Program-made: the position numbers and the translations under genes
IMG/VR virus record: IMGVR_UViG_3300009151_000053
Coordinates: 1 to 64,000 of that record
Source: a virus
Length of the DNA stretch: 64,000 bases
Strand: one strand, 5' to 3'
The notes under the pieces: generated by a model
Databases searched by the model: none
Seen by the model: the letters and a program-made list of their open reading frames with translations, nothing else
What the model was told of the DNA's origin: nothing
Part shown: positions 16,236 to 28,100 of the stretch, in pieces
Numbering within the stretch: position 1 is the stretch's first letter
Layout of the letters: each line of letters starts with the position of its first letter

Positions 16236-18023
16236 ATGGCAAATTCTAGCATTAGTCTGACCTCGTTGGACTTTGATAGTTACAAGAGTTCACTTAAGAC
16301 ATATCTTAAGCAGCAAGACAGATTCAAAGACTATGACTTTGAGGCTAGTAACATGAGTGTGTTGCTGGATGTATTGTCGTATAACACCTATCTAAATGCT
16401 TTCTATATGAACATGGTCGGCAACGAAATGTTTCTTGATAGCGCACAGTTGCGCGACAGTGTGGTATCACATGCCAAAGAACTTAACTATGTTCCATTCT
16501 CGTTCAAGTCCGCTGAAGCACAACTTGCATTGACAATCACTTCTGCTGATCCAACCAAGAAGAACATTACGATACCTAGAGGCACAATCTTTAGCACAAG
16601 AGTTGGTTCTAACAACTTCACGTTTACAACAGATGAAAGCGTTGTTACAACAAGTTCTAGTAATGTATTTACCACATCACTCCGTGTTTATGAGGGTGAT
16701 ACTCTTACCGACACCTATTCTGTCAACTACACAAATCCAACCAACTATGTTATCAATAATAAACTTGTTGACATTTCTAGTGTCAAAGTAACTGTTATTG
16801 AAAACAACGGCGCTAATCTGTATTCATATGCCAGAGCAACTTCGTTGTTTAATATTGAAGCAACATCGAAGGTATTCTTTGTTCAACCATATATTAATGA
16901 TACTTATGAAATCATCTTTGGTGATGGTATTGTTGGCGCAAAGCCTAAGAATAACTCAGTTGTTATCGTAGAATATCGTGTCTGTAACGGCGAACTTCCA
17001 AATGGTGCAAGAGTATTCAGAGCGGCGCAACTGATTGACGGTGAAGCAAATGTGTCTATTGTCACAACGTCTTCGGCTTCTGGTGGCGCAGTTTCAGAAT
17101 CTATCGAGTCGATCAAGTACAATGCACCAAGAGCATTCACAACTCAAGAACGTGCTATTACCTCTGAGGACTATGAGAATCTGTTGCGGCTTAACTACCC
17201 AGAAATCAATGCTGTTGCTGCATACGGCGGTGAAGACGCAACTCCTCCACAATATGGTCGTATTTTTGTTACAGTTGACCTTAAGGATGTTGATGGGCTT
17301 CCACAATCGAAAGAACTTGAATACAAAAGATTCCTGAAATCAAGAGCATCAGTTGCTATGGAACCAATCTTTATCTCTCCTGATTACATCTATCTTCAGA
17401 TTGTGTCTAATATCAAATACAACATTAACAAGACTGGATTGAATCCTGAAGATATTAGACTTCTTGCTGTATCAAGTATGCTTACCTATGCAACAACATA
17501 CCTAAACAACTTCAATAAAACGCTTCGGTATTCAGCATTCGTTAAAGCAATTGATGCGATTGAGGCTAGTATTGTGAGTAATGAAACAGATGTGTTCTTG
17601 ATCAAGTATGTAACACCAACATTGAATGTTGCTCAAAAGATTTATGCAGACTTCAAGACACCATTGATTCAATCAGTTCCATTATTATCAGATGAGCATC
17701 CTATTGTTGACGTTCATGCAATCTCATCAACTCCATTTACATATAATGGACAGGTAAATTGTATCTTAGAAGACAATGGTGATGGTATTGTTAGAGTTGT
17801 CGCGCCTGTTGGTTCTAATCACAAGAAACTTGCCGATGTAGGAACAGTTAACTATGACACAGGCGTTGTTAGCATCAACAACTTCAATATCTCAAACTTC
17901 TTTGGCACTTCAATGAAAATCTATGCTACACCAAGAACCAAAGATATCTCGTCGTCTAAAAATGTCATACTAAATATTCTTGAACCAGATATCAATATTG
18001 CCATCGAACAGATCAGAGAATAA
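16236..18023 (+). CDS. 6: Baseplate wedge subunit, T4 gp6-like
   Basis: LDFD..K.SLK.YL, DYDFE.S....LLDVLSYNTY, FGDG..G, ESIESIKYNAP and Q.RAIT.EDY. Confidence 0.95.
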   Translation: MANSSISLTSLDFDSYKSSLKTYLKQQDRFKDYDFEASNMSVLLDVLSYNTYLNAFYMNMVGNEMFLDSAQLRDSVVSHAKELNYVPFSFKSAEAQLALTITSADPTKKNITIPRGTIFSTRVGSNNFTFTTDESVVTTSSSNVFTTSLRVYEGDTLTDTYSVNYTNPTNYVINNKLVDISSVKVTVIENNGANLYSYARATSLFNIEATSKVFFVQPYINDTYEIIFGDGIVGAKPKNNSVVIVEYRVCNGELPNGARVFRAAQLIDGEANVSIVTTSSASGGAVSESIESIKYNAPRAFTTQERAITSEDYENLLRLNYPEINAVAAYGGEDATPPQYGRIFVTVDLKDVDGLPQSKELEYKRFLKSRASVAMEPIFISPDYIYLQIVSNIKYNINKTGLNPEDIRLLAVSSMLTYATTYLNNFNKTLRYSAFVKAIDAIEASIVSNETDVFLIKYVTPTLNVAQKIYADFKTPLIQSVPLLSDEHPIVDVHAISSTPFTYNGQVNCILEDNGDGIVRVVAPVGSNHKKLADVGTVNYDTGVVSINNFNISNFFGTSMKIYATPRTKDISSSKNVILNILEPDINIAIEQIRE

Positions 18024-21000
18024 TGAGAAACATAGAAAAACTAATTTCTCCGCTAGTTGCCAGCCAATTCCCAGCATTCTATCAAGAAGAGGGAGATCAA
18101 TTCATTGCGTTCGTTAAAGCGTATTATGAATGGATGGAACAGTCTGGTAATGTACTGAATCAAGTTCGCAGTCTTGGTGATTATAGAGATATTGATACGA
18201 CTCCTGATGAGTTCATTGTTTATTTTAAAGAGAAATATCTAAAAAACATTCAGTTTGATACGGCTAGTAATAAAACTTTGCTGGTAAAGAACTCTCTTGA
18301 CTTGTATAGATCAAAGGGAACAGAACGTTCTATCGATCTATTCTTCAAACTTGTCTACGGTACAAATGCAGATGTTCGCTATCCTGCTGAAAATATCTTT
18401 AGATTATCAGATGGCATCTATGAACTCCCACTTTACTTAGAAGTTTCGTATTCAAAATACAATATCGACTACGTTGGCAAGCAAGTTATTGGCGCGTTAA
18501 CTGGTGCAACAGGATTTGTTGAAAGATATATTCGTAGAAGAACAGATCGTGGCTATGTAAATCTTCTTTACATTACGAATATTAATGGAGCATTCCGTAA
18601 CGGAGAAGTTATCGGTCTTAACATAAACAACACACCAGTCTTTGATTCGACAAAACGCGCAAAAATGATTGGCTCTGTTAATAGAGTAGAAATCATTGAC
18701 AAGGGCGTGGAGTTTGCTGTTGGTGATATCGTTTCATTTAGCGGATCAGAGCGCGGCAATGGTGGTTTGGCTAGAGTATCTAGCGTTGGTTCTGCTACAG
18801 GCATCATCGATTTCATTTTCGTTGATGGTGGTTATGGTTATACGCTTGATGCAGAATCTCTTATCTCTGAGAAGGTTGTGTCTCTGTCTAATGTTGTGGC
18901 TGGTGCAAACAGTTATCAATATTTCAGGCTGTTTGAACAAATGGTCGAGCCTATCATCAACGTCGCATTCACAAGCGCAACAGCAAATCTTGCTGTAGGT
19001 GATACTATCTATCGTTACAACAGCGGAACACAAGTTGCGGCGGGCAAGATTCTCGATCTAGATCAGACCACAGCAAATGGCACGATTACCATTTCACATG
19101 TTAATGGCTCATTCACTAATACAGCAACATATTACACCACAGGAAATGCTATATCCTTCTATGCGAACACAATAGAAGATAGAACTATTGGTGGTAAAGT
19201 CATGGGTATTCCTGAGATATACAATATCTCTATTTCTAATCCGAGCGAAACCTTGACTGTTGGTGCTAATGTCTACCAAAAGAATACAGCAACAGGTGTT
19301 ATCTATGCTCGTGGAACAATCACTGATGTTGTAGACAATACCAATATTACTGTTGTAAATGCTCGTGGTGCATTTAAGAATAGTGTAACCAGTACAGACT
19401 TAATGTATGTTGAGGGAAGTAACTCTGAAATATATGCAAATGTTGGGCTGATCGATCTTACCGTTGGTCTTTACAATATTAGAAAATATGTTAATACCGT
19501 TAAATATTCTACGGCTAACAACAACAAAATATTGGATACTCCATACATCTATCAATATAATAGCAGTGGAAATGTTTCAGCAAAAGGTGTTGTGCTGACA
19601 TCTTCATTTACTTCTAACACAGGTAATGTCACTTTTATTCCAGTGTCTGGGTATTTCTTGAGTACAAAGAAAGTCTACACGCAAGGTAATACTGCTGAGG
19701 CTTATGTTGTTTCTTATGCAACTTCCAACTCTGGTGGAGATTATATTTCTTCTGCTAATGCAAGAATGATAACACAAACAACAAACACCTCTTCTATTCC
19801 ATACAGTATTGGTTATGGTTCTGGTGCAAGTTTTAAAGTTTCAACTATTGGTGATACAGAAGTTATCTTTATTGGTACTGATCTTATCGGCGCAAATAAT
19901 GTTGGAACACTTGATTATGATAGAAAGATTTTAACAGTTGGGGCTAATACAGGATTTGCTATTGGTGATCCTGTTTATCAAACTGTAAATAAAATAGCGT
20001 TTAATAGCAATACCTCTGTTAATGCTACAACTGGATTTATTACGATTCCTAGCGCAAACTCAAAGTTTACTGTTGGGGACAACATTAAATATGAAGTTGC
20101 GGCTGGTAATACCGCATTAAACATGATGGTTTCGAATAACTATTATCATGTTAGATTTGCCAATACCACGGGATTGATACTTTCCAATCCATATCGCAAG
20201 ACAGATTATCTCAACATAACAAACTACCCAGCAACAAACATGCCAGTGTCTCCTTATACGGAACTTTCTCCTGGATTTGCGAATGGTGCTGTTTCAGAAA
20301 CAGGTCATTATCTGTATAAGCAAATCTATGGCACTGTCTTTGAAACAGATTCAACACATGTGAAAATTCAAGATCGTGTTAACTATTTTTCAGTCACTGG
20401 AGGCACGACATCCACAACAACATCAGCCAACAGCAATCTGATCAAGTACGGCGCGACAACAACAAACACGGCTATCTCGGCTGTTGGTGTTTATCCAACA
20501 ATCGTTCAAGCCAATCAAGCATATGCGTCTCTGTCTATTCGTGCTCCTGCTTACGGATTTCCAAAAAATCCACAAGGTGATCTGGCTGATATCATCTACA
20601 GTTGCTTGACATTCGGTCGCTTTGAGATTGGTGTTATTGGAGCATTGAAGGGTATTGACCCTGGATCAGAATATAACGTTGATCCATATGTTCTTGCTTA
20701 CCAGCCATACATCTCTGCGTTTGATCGTAATGACTTCTTGATTACGATTGATACTCCAACCAGCACATTCGTTGTTGGCGAAAAGATCAATCAAGTTCAA
20801 GCAAATCTAATCTTCTATGATCTACAGGTTCCAAGCGGCGTGTATTCAAATGTGTATAGCGAAGTAACACGCTCAATCGATTCACAGATGGATGTCAATG
20901 GAACAACAGAGTTTATTCTAATTCCATCAAACACTGTTACAATCAACTCTGGAACAGATGTTTCTAGTGCGGCTGACACTATCTCTATTGCTGGCAACCC

Positions 21001-22738
21001 ATATGCTGCTAATGATTACATTCGTTATTATACAGCAACTGGAAATACTGTTATTAGTGGTCTTGCTAACAATACATTATACTATGTTTCATTTGCTAAC
21101 ACAAGCACAATTGCCCTTTCTTCTACATTAGGAGGCGCAAATCTTAATATTACTGCTGCTGTTACTGGTGAATCTGGGCACTTCCTTAAGAACTATGCAA
21201 ATCCATATGCCAATAATGATAGAGTTATTTACAGCACATTAGCAAGTAACACAGTTATCGGCGGTCTTGCAAACAATACACCTTATTATGTTGTGTATGC
21301 AAATGCGGTCGGTATGGCTTTGGCTTCAACAGTTGGTGGCGCTAATATCAACATCACTGCAAATAGCACAGGCGGCGAGCAACAGTATTTTGCTACCATT
21401 CCTGGATATCTGCCAAATGATAAGGTGTATCAAGGATCATCAAATGCAACTGTCCAGTCTGTCTATATCACAAGCGGCAATCAGTTCGTTAGAGTGTCTG
21501 GCAATACTGGACCATTAGCCACAAACCAAATCCTGTATTCATATTCTAATCCATATGTCAACTCTACAGTTTCGGCAGTGACATTTGTGTCGTTGACTTC
21601 TACGGCTAAAGGCATCATCAAAGCAGGAAGCAACACTTCTGTTCTCAAAGTTAAGCGTCTTTCTTTTGAAAATACATTTAAAGAAGGCGTGAATGTAATC
21701 GGTGATGTTTCTGGTGCCACTGCAAATGTTATGGGGATTGCTCCAGACTTCAACGAACTTTATCCTATTGGGTTGAATGCTGATATTCAGGCTAACGTTG
21801 TGACTGCTAATGGTCAAGTAACATCGCTTCAAGTTGTCGATTCTGGCTTCGGTTACGTCAACTCTGAAATCATTCAATTCAACTCTGCTGATCTTACTCG
21901 CTCTGGTTCGATCAAGGTTATTCTTGATGGGCACGGTAAAGGTAAAGGATACTACAAGAGTTCTAAGGGCTTCATCTCAGAAGATATGTACATTCATGAT
22001 GGTGATTACTATCAAGAGTATTCTTATGAGATTCTCTCTAAGATGTCGTTTGACAAATATGCTGATATGTTCAAGAAGGTCATGCACGTTGCTGGTACGA
22101 AGTTCTTTGGTTCGGCTCAAGTTGAAGAAGAAGGCAACCTTCCGCTTTCAGTGATCGAGTTTGCTAATGGTCCTGAAGTTGCATTTGATGCACATGATGA
22201 TGTGGACTCTGCTTCTGATCGAATCAAGATGAACATTGAGAAGAGTTATAGAGCATTCGATCCATTAGCAAATGTCAATCAAGAAATCGAGTTTATTACG
22301 ATTACGGCTAATCCATTCTCTAACAATGATCTAGTTCTTTATTATACAGACAGCGGTAACACAGTTTTACAGGGGCTATCAAACAACTCTCTGTATTATG
22401 TTGTTCAAGCCAATTCAACTGGTGTTAAGTTATCAGTAACTCGTGGTGGAACTCCAGTTGATGCAAATAATGCTTCATCTGTTTCTGAAAGAGGGCATTG
22501 GTTGAGAAGTTATGTGAATCCATTTGCAAATGGTGATTATGTTTATTACACCACGGCAACAGGCAACACAGCCGTTACTGGACTTGCAAATGGCGCACAT
22601 TATTTTGTGACAAACACAAATCCATTATCATTACAACTGTCTTCAAGTGCCACTGGATTGCCTATTATAAATATAACTGCATCAGGAAGTTCGCAAGTTG
22701 GGCACTTCTTATCTAAGACTATTGAGGAAAATAATTAA
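18023..22738 (+). CDS. Baseplate wedge initiator, gp7-like, with inserted repeats
   Basis: QFPAFY.E....F..F.KAYYEW, LYRSKGT..S..LFF and D.DYYQEYSYEI...HVAG.K.FG; follows gp6. Confidence 0.75.
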   Translation: MRNIEKLISPLVASQFPAFYQEEGDQFIAFVKAYYEWMEQSGNVLNQVRSLGDYRDIDTTPDEFIVYFKEKYLKNIQFDTASNKTLLVKNSLDLYRSKGTERSIDLFFKLVYGTNADVRYPAENIFRLSDGIYELPLYLEVSYSKYNIDYVGKQVIGALTGATGFVERYIRRRTDRGYVNLLYITNINGAFRNGEVIGLNINNTPVFDSTKRAKMIGSVNRVEIIDKGVEFAVGDIVSFSGSERGNGGLARVSSVGSATGIIDFIFVDGGYGYTLDAESLISEKVVSLSNVVAGANSYQYFRLFEQMVEPIINVAFTSATANLAVGDTIYRYNSGTQVAAGKILDLDQTTANGTITISHVNGSFTNTATYYTTGNAISFYANTIEDRTIGGKVMGIPEIYNISISNPSETLTVGANVYQKNTATGVIYARGTITDVVDNTNITVVNARGAFKNSVTSTDLMYVEGSNSEIYANVGLIDLTVGLYNIRKYVNTVKYSTANNNKILDTPYIYQYNSSGNVSAKGVVLTSSFTSNTGNVTFIPVSGYFLSTKKVYTQGNTAEAYVVSYATSNSGGDYISSANARMITQTTNTSSIPYSIGYGSGASFKVSTIGDTEVIFIGTDLIGANNVGTLDYDRKILTVGANTGFAIGDPVYQTVNKIAFNSNTSVNATTGFITIPSANSKFTVGDNIKYEVAAGNTALNMMVSNNYYHVRFANTTGLILSNPYRKTDYLNITNYPATNMPVSPYTELSPGFANGAVSETGHYLYKQIYGTVFETDSTHVKIQDRVNYFSVTGGTTSTTTSANSNLIKYGATTTNTAISAVGVYPTIVQANQAYASLSIRAPAYGFPKNPQGDLADIIYSCLTFGRFEIGVIGALKGIDPGSEYNVDPYVLAYQPYISAFDRNDFLITIDTPTSTFVVGEKINQVQANLIFYDLQVPSGVYSNVYSEVTRSIDSQMDVNGTTEFILIPSNTVTINSGTDVSSAADTISIAGNPYAANDYIRYYTATGNTVISGLANNTLYYVSFANTSTIALSSTLGGANLNITAAVTGESGHFLKNYANPYANNDRVIYSTLASNTVIGGLANNTPYYVVYANAVGMALASTVGGANINITANSTGGEQQYFATIPGYLPNDKVYQGSSNATVQSVYITSGNQFVRVSGNTGPLATNQILYSYSNPYVNSTVSAVTFVSLTSTAKGIIKAGSNTSVLKVKRLSFENTFKEGVNVIGDVSGATANVMGIAPDFNELYPIGLNADIQANVVTANGQVTSLQVVDSGFGYVNSEIIQFNSADLTRSGSIKVILDGHGKGKGYYKSSKGFISEDMYIHDGDYYQEYSYEILSKMSFDKYADMFKKVMHVAGTKFFGSAQVEEEGNLPLSVIEFANGPEVAFDAHDDVDSASDRIKMNIEKSYRAFDPLANVNQEIEFITITANPFSNNDLVLYYTDSGNTVLQGLSNNSLYYVVQANSTGVKLSVTRGGTPVDANNASSVSERGHWLRSYVNPFANGDYVYYTTATGNTAVTGLANGAHYFVTNTNPLSLQLSSSATGLPIINITASGSSQVGHFLSKTIEENN

Positions 22739-25140
22739 TGGCTGTAACTCAAAACTTTGTTACATCAAACTTTAATGTACATAGCGCAAAACAGTTTGTT
22801 GAATCTTTTTCGGAAGCAAACGGGTCTCAATATTTTGTCTATGCTGGTAAGCATACTCCATATGTAAACAGTGATGCGGCAATCACAACACCAGATAATA
22901 GTGTACAGAAGACTCACTTTGACGCATATAATGATATGTTGTTTGCCAAAAGAGTTACTTCTGGCGATGTGGTCCATGTTATTCCAAAACATACTTGGGT
23001 AGCAAACACGGTTTATTCAGAATATTCTCACTTAGATGGCGCTTTATTAGATAAGTCTTTCTATGTAATGGTCGATGATACATATGAATACAACGTTTAT
23101 AAATGTTTATTCAATAACAACGGTGCAAACTCAACCGTTGCTCCTTCTCGTGTTGGCAGTGCTGCTGACTTAAAGCCAATGGTAACTGGTGATGATTATA
23201 CTTGGAAGTATATGTACACTATTACCAAGACCAATTACGATAAGTTTTCAACGTCTAACTATATTCCAGTTACAGCGAATACAGATGTTATTGCTGGCGC
23301 AACACCTGGTACTATTGAAGTAATCAAGATTCTTGATGGTGGTTCTGGGTACGCAAACTATATTGCTGATGCGACATTTAAGACTGGTGATATTAATATC
23401 GGCGGTGTTAATACTATTTATGGCGCTCCTGAAGATTTGCCAGATATTGATGACTATTACCAAGGCTGCGTTCTAAAGATTACATCTGGTCCCGGTATTG
23501 ATCAATATAGACGTATTGTTAACTACGAAGGCGTAGGCGCACAAAAGAAGTTTATCCTTGATTCTGGTTTCTCTGTGACGCCAGAAGTTGGCAATCACTT
23601 TGAAGTGTATCCATACATTTATGTTTGGGGCGACGGTAACGAATCAACTGTTGCTGATGCAAGAGCGATCATTGATCCAGCATCGGCTAATGCGATTTCG
23701 TCTGTTGAAATGTTAAGCGTAGGCAAGAACTACCGCTATGCAGTAGGAGTTGCTGGAGCAACACCATCAACCGTTCCCATTACCATCAACAGTATTTACA
23801 TTCAACTTCCAGAAGTTATTACTCAAGATGTGCATTTCCAGCAAGCATCACTTGAACCAATCCTCTCCCCAAAAGACGGGCATGGTTCTGATCCTTTGAA
23901 CGAGTTAGGCGCAAGGCGTGTATGTGTCAGTACAAAGTTCAATCAAAGCGAATCTGGCACAATTCCAACTCAGAACGATTTCCGTCAGATTGGTTTGATC
24001 AAAGACCCATTGTATACCAATGTTGACTTACTGCTCAAGACGGCTAACACGGTAGGATCTTTCTCTATCGGAGAAACTGTGTATCAATATAAGCACGTCA
24101 AACTTGCTGGTAATGTGGTTGTGTCTACAGCCAATAAGGCTCTGGTCAAAGTCGATCAAGGTAAGATTTCCAGCACAATCACTATTCTGAATGCTGGTAC
24201 TGGATACAACAACACATCAAACAATCAACTTGTAGCCAACAACACAGGCACAGGTGGAACAGGTGCTGCTGCTACATTCTCAAATAACGGAAGCGGTGTG
24301 ATCACTTCTGTTACTGTAACAAATCAAGGCTCTGGATATCTGTCTGCTCCAGTATTCACTGTGAATCCAACAGCCGCTACTGGTGGTAGTAATGCAGTCT
24401 TCACTTCTGTATTAGCAAATCCTCTTGTGACATTCTACAAAGACGCATTTGACGTTGGAGATTATGCTCTGGTCAATAATGGAACAACAAACTATCTGAC
24501 TAAGGTTGATGGCGTTCCTTATGATTATCAGATCACAACATCAACAAATGGTGCATATTCTTCTACCTCTTCACAACTGTCATCTGTTAAACTTCAAGCA
24601 TCTGGAACAGTGACTTCGATCAGTGTTGGTCAAATCACTCTCTCTAATGTAAGCGGAACATTTGCCACAGAAAGCAGAGTTATTGGTACTACATCTGGTG
24701 CAACTTCTATTATTGATACTGGTGGTATTCAGATCAACGACAAAGCGGCTGGTGCGTTCACTTCGGCTGTACAGTTAACTCGCCTTGTTGGCAACTTTAC
24801 AACTGGTAGTTCGCCATTTATTGAAGACGAATATATAAGTCAGAACAGTCTTATTTCTTATGCAAAGCCACATGGGCAGTTGCATCATGCAGAGATTGTT
24901 GGCGGTATTAATGATGATACTCTTTATATCAGTAATAAGTTTGGTATTTACAATCTTGATCCAGGCGGAGTTAGAACAATCGTAGGGAATACAAGCGGCG
25001 CAACGCTTGATACTTTGCTGTCTAAATATCCAGGTGACTTCGTTGTAGGCAGTGGCGAAGTTCTATATTATGAAAACTTAGATGCGATTACAAGAAGTGA
25101 TAATAAATCAGAGATAATCAAAATCATATTGGAGTTTTAA
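22738..25140 (+). CDS. Baseplate wedge subunit, gp8-like
   Basis: FYV......NVYKCL.NN, D.Y.WKYMYTI, GHGSDP..ELG, NDFRQIGLIKDP and a terminal E.IKIILEF. Confidence 0.8.
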   Translation: MAVTQNFVTSNFNVHSAKQFVESFSEANGSQYFVYAGKHTPYVNSDAAITTPDNSVQKTHFDAYNDMLFAKRVTSGDVVHVIPKHTWVANTVYSEYSHLDGALLDKSFYVMVDDTYEYNVYKCLFNNNGANSTVAPSRVGSAADLKPMVTGDDYTWKYMYTITKTNYDKFSTSNYIPVTANTDVIAGATPGTIEVIKILDGGSGYANYIADATFKTGDINIGGVNTIYGAPEDLPDIDDYYQGCVLKITSGPGIDQYRRIVNYEGVGAQKKFILDSGFSVTPEVGNHFEVYPYIYVWGDGNESTVADARAIIDPASANAISSVEMLSVGKNYRYAVGVAGATPSTVPITINSIYIQLPEVITQDVHFQQASLEPILSPKDGHGSDPLNELGARRVCVSTKFNQSESGTIPTQNDFRQIGLIKDPLYTNVDLLLKTANTVGSFSIGETVYQYKHVKLAGNVVVSTANKALVKVDQGKISSTITILNAGTGYNNTSNNQLVANNTGTGGTGAAATFSNNGSGVITSVTVTNQGSGYLSAPVFTVNPTAATGGSNAVFTSVLANPLVTFYKDAFDVGDYALVNNGTTNYLTKVDGVPYDYQITTSTNGAYSSTSSQLSSVKLQASGTVTSISVGQITLSNVSGTFATESRVIGTTSGATSIIDTGGIQINDKAAGAFTSAVQLTRLVGNFTTGSSPFIEDEYISQNSLISYAKPHGQLHHAEIVGGINDDTLYISNKFGIYNLDPGGVRTIVGNTSGATLDTLLSKYPGDFVVGSGEVLYYENLDAITRSDNKSEIIKIILEF

Positions 25141-25145
25141 CGTAG

Positions 25146-28100
25146 ATGGCTCTACAAACCGACTTAAACGTATCACCATATTACGACGACTTCGATCCTG
25201 CGAAGAGTTATCATCGTATTCTGTTTCAGCCAGGTGTGGCTGTACAGGCGCGTGAGTTAAATCAACTCCAGTCAATCCTTCAAAATCAAATCGAGAAGTT
25301 TGGGGATAACATCTTCAAGCGTGGTACGATCATTGAAGGCTGTAATATTGTTCTTCATAACAATCTTCCATATATCAAGATTAAAGATGTTGAAACTGAT
25401 GGAACTCCTGTAAACATTACTCAGTACAATAACCTATACGTCAAGAATGCTGCTAATGTGAGCGCGTTTATTGTTAAGACTGCGGTTGGTTATGAGTCGC
25501 GTTCACCAAATCTTAATACACTTTTTGTTAAATATAATGGTACTGGTATTACAAGCAACGCTTCGTTGTTTGCAGCAGATGATACTTTGACTGTTTTTGA
25601 TCCATCTTATCCTATCTTCCATATGAGAGTTAATGACGGATCAACAGGATTCTCTAACTCTGATACTATTGCGGTTATTTCGGCTATTGCTGTTCAGAAC
25701 TCAACAGGCGGATCAGCCTTTGCTGGTGGTGCGTTTAACGTTAATGACGTTATTCAGAATGGTGTTGCTAATGCTACGATCATTGAAGCCAACAATACAG
25801 CCAATGCTTCTGCACTCATTCTTAAGATCAAGCCACTTGCTATTGACCTTCAAACGGCTAACACAGTCAAGTGGAGATTTACGGCTGGCGAAACAATCAG
25901 AAATGCAACAACTTCTGTAAGCGCGAATGTCGTCTCTACTATCGGTGCTGGTGCGACTGGTTCTTTGACCACAGATTCTCTCGGTAAGATTGTTTCGATT
26001 GCTGTAACAAATATGGGTGCCGGATATTACATTCAGCCACATGTCACAACTTCTATTACAAGCAATGGCGCAACAACCACATCTGCAATCACACAACTGA
26101 ATATCACTGGTCAAAACTATCTGACTAACATCACTGTGGCAAACTCTGCACAGTTGTCAATCGGCTTTGGTTATGGCATGAGCGTCAACGAAGGCACGAT
26201 CTATCAGAAAGGTTTCTTCTCTAGAGTTGATCCACAGTTAACAATCGTTAACAAATATTCTAATACAGGCTTTACCAAGTCTGTTGGATTCTACACAAGC
26301 GAATCAATCATTAACAGCAATCAAGACGCAACTCTGTTAGATAATGCAACTGGCTCATTCAACTATGCGGCTCCTGGCGCTGATCGTTTGAAGTTGTCTC
26401 CTGTTCTTACGGTTCTTGATAAGGTTGATGCCGACGCTAATACAGACTTCTTGCCAATCGTAGAATTTGCCGATGGTTCTGCTTATAAGCAAACTAAGCA
26501 AACCGTTTACAACGTTCTTGGCGATGAGATGGCTAAGAGAACATATGAAGAGTCTGGCAACTATGTGCTTGACCAATTCAATCTTACCACAAAAGATTCT
26601 ACCGTATTTACAGAAACTCCATCTGTATTCAAAATCTATATCGATCCAGGTCTAGCATACATCAATGGCTATAGAGTTGAAACTGTTTCTAACTATACGG
26701 CCAACATTGCCAAAGGAGTTGATACAGTAAGCAACGTTGAAACTTCTATCAAGGTTGGATATGGAAACTTCATCCGCGTTAAAGAACTTGCTGGCGTGTT
26801 TGAATTCAACTATGGCGCACAAATCGATCTTTATGATACAGCAAAAGGCTTCTTGACATCAACGCCAACTGGCTCAATCGCGCCAACTGGAAATAAGATT
26901 GGTGTTGCAAGAATTCGTTCGTTAGTTCATGACAGCGGTGAGCCAGGCGCGCCAGGTGCTGTTTATAGAATGTATCTGTTCGATATCGTAATGTCAACTG
27001 GTAAGAACTTTGCAGACGTTCGTTCAGTGTATTACTCAGGAAGCACAAAGGGTATTGCTGATATTCTTCTAAATGCTGGTGGACTAACAACAGTTCTTAA
27101 TGACAGTGCTGATAGCAGTCTTTTGTTTAAGACAGTAAATGCCACTAAGTATGCAAATAACATTACCTATACTTACAGAACAATGAACCAAACAGAACAG
27201 GCTAACACCACAGGTTATATTGATCTAAATGTTGGTGCTGGTGAATACTTCCCATATAACGCTGGTGGTGTTTTGAATGACACACAAGAGCGTGATATTA
27301 TTGTAATACCAAGATCAGATTATCAAGCACAAGCAAATGCTGCTGGTAACGTTTCAACATCTTCTGCTAGTGCAACAGTTACGGGTATTATTGGGACAAA
27401 TTTTGTTGCTTCGTTTAAGACAGGCGACTATATCAAGATTGCAAACTCTACAGCATCTGTAGTAAAACAAGTTTGGCAAGTAATCAATGCTACAAGCATG
27501 AACATGTATTCAAGTGTAGGCACAACTTTTGCTTATGCTAACGTTGTTCTTTACTTCCCTAATAATGTTCCTATCTCATTTGGTAGAAGAAGCGAAAGGA
27601 CAGTTACAGTAGCGGCTAATGGACAACAGTTGACTATCAATCTGGCTAATAATATTGCCAACTCTATCGGTAGCCCTTCTTCAGCCAACGTCACTGTTCT
27701 TTATAACGTTACAGCCAACAACACATCAACTGGCGCAAAAGTATCACACAGAGACATCTACACCAGAATTCGTGCTGCTAATAATGCTGCCACAACAACT
27801 GGTCCATGGGTATTGGGTGTTGCTGATGCATTCCGCTTGAAAAAAGTGTATCAAGCAAATGGCGCTTCTGTTGCCAAGACATTCAATGCAAACACTGGTG
27901 TCGTAGCAAGTTTTGTTTCTATTCCAAACAATCCATTTGCTAACGGTGATTCTTTGGTCTATACAACTGGAACAGACGGAACAATCTTAACGGGTTTGGC
28001 TAACAATACAACCTATTATGCGGTTCTTGCCAACTCATCAGGATCAAAGTTTGCTTCCACTCGTAATGGATCGGCGTTGTCTATTACCGCATCATCTATC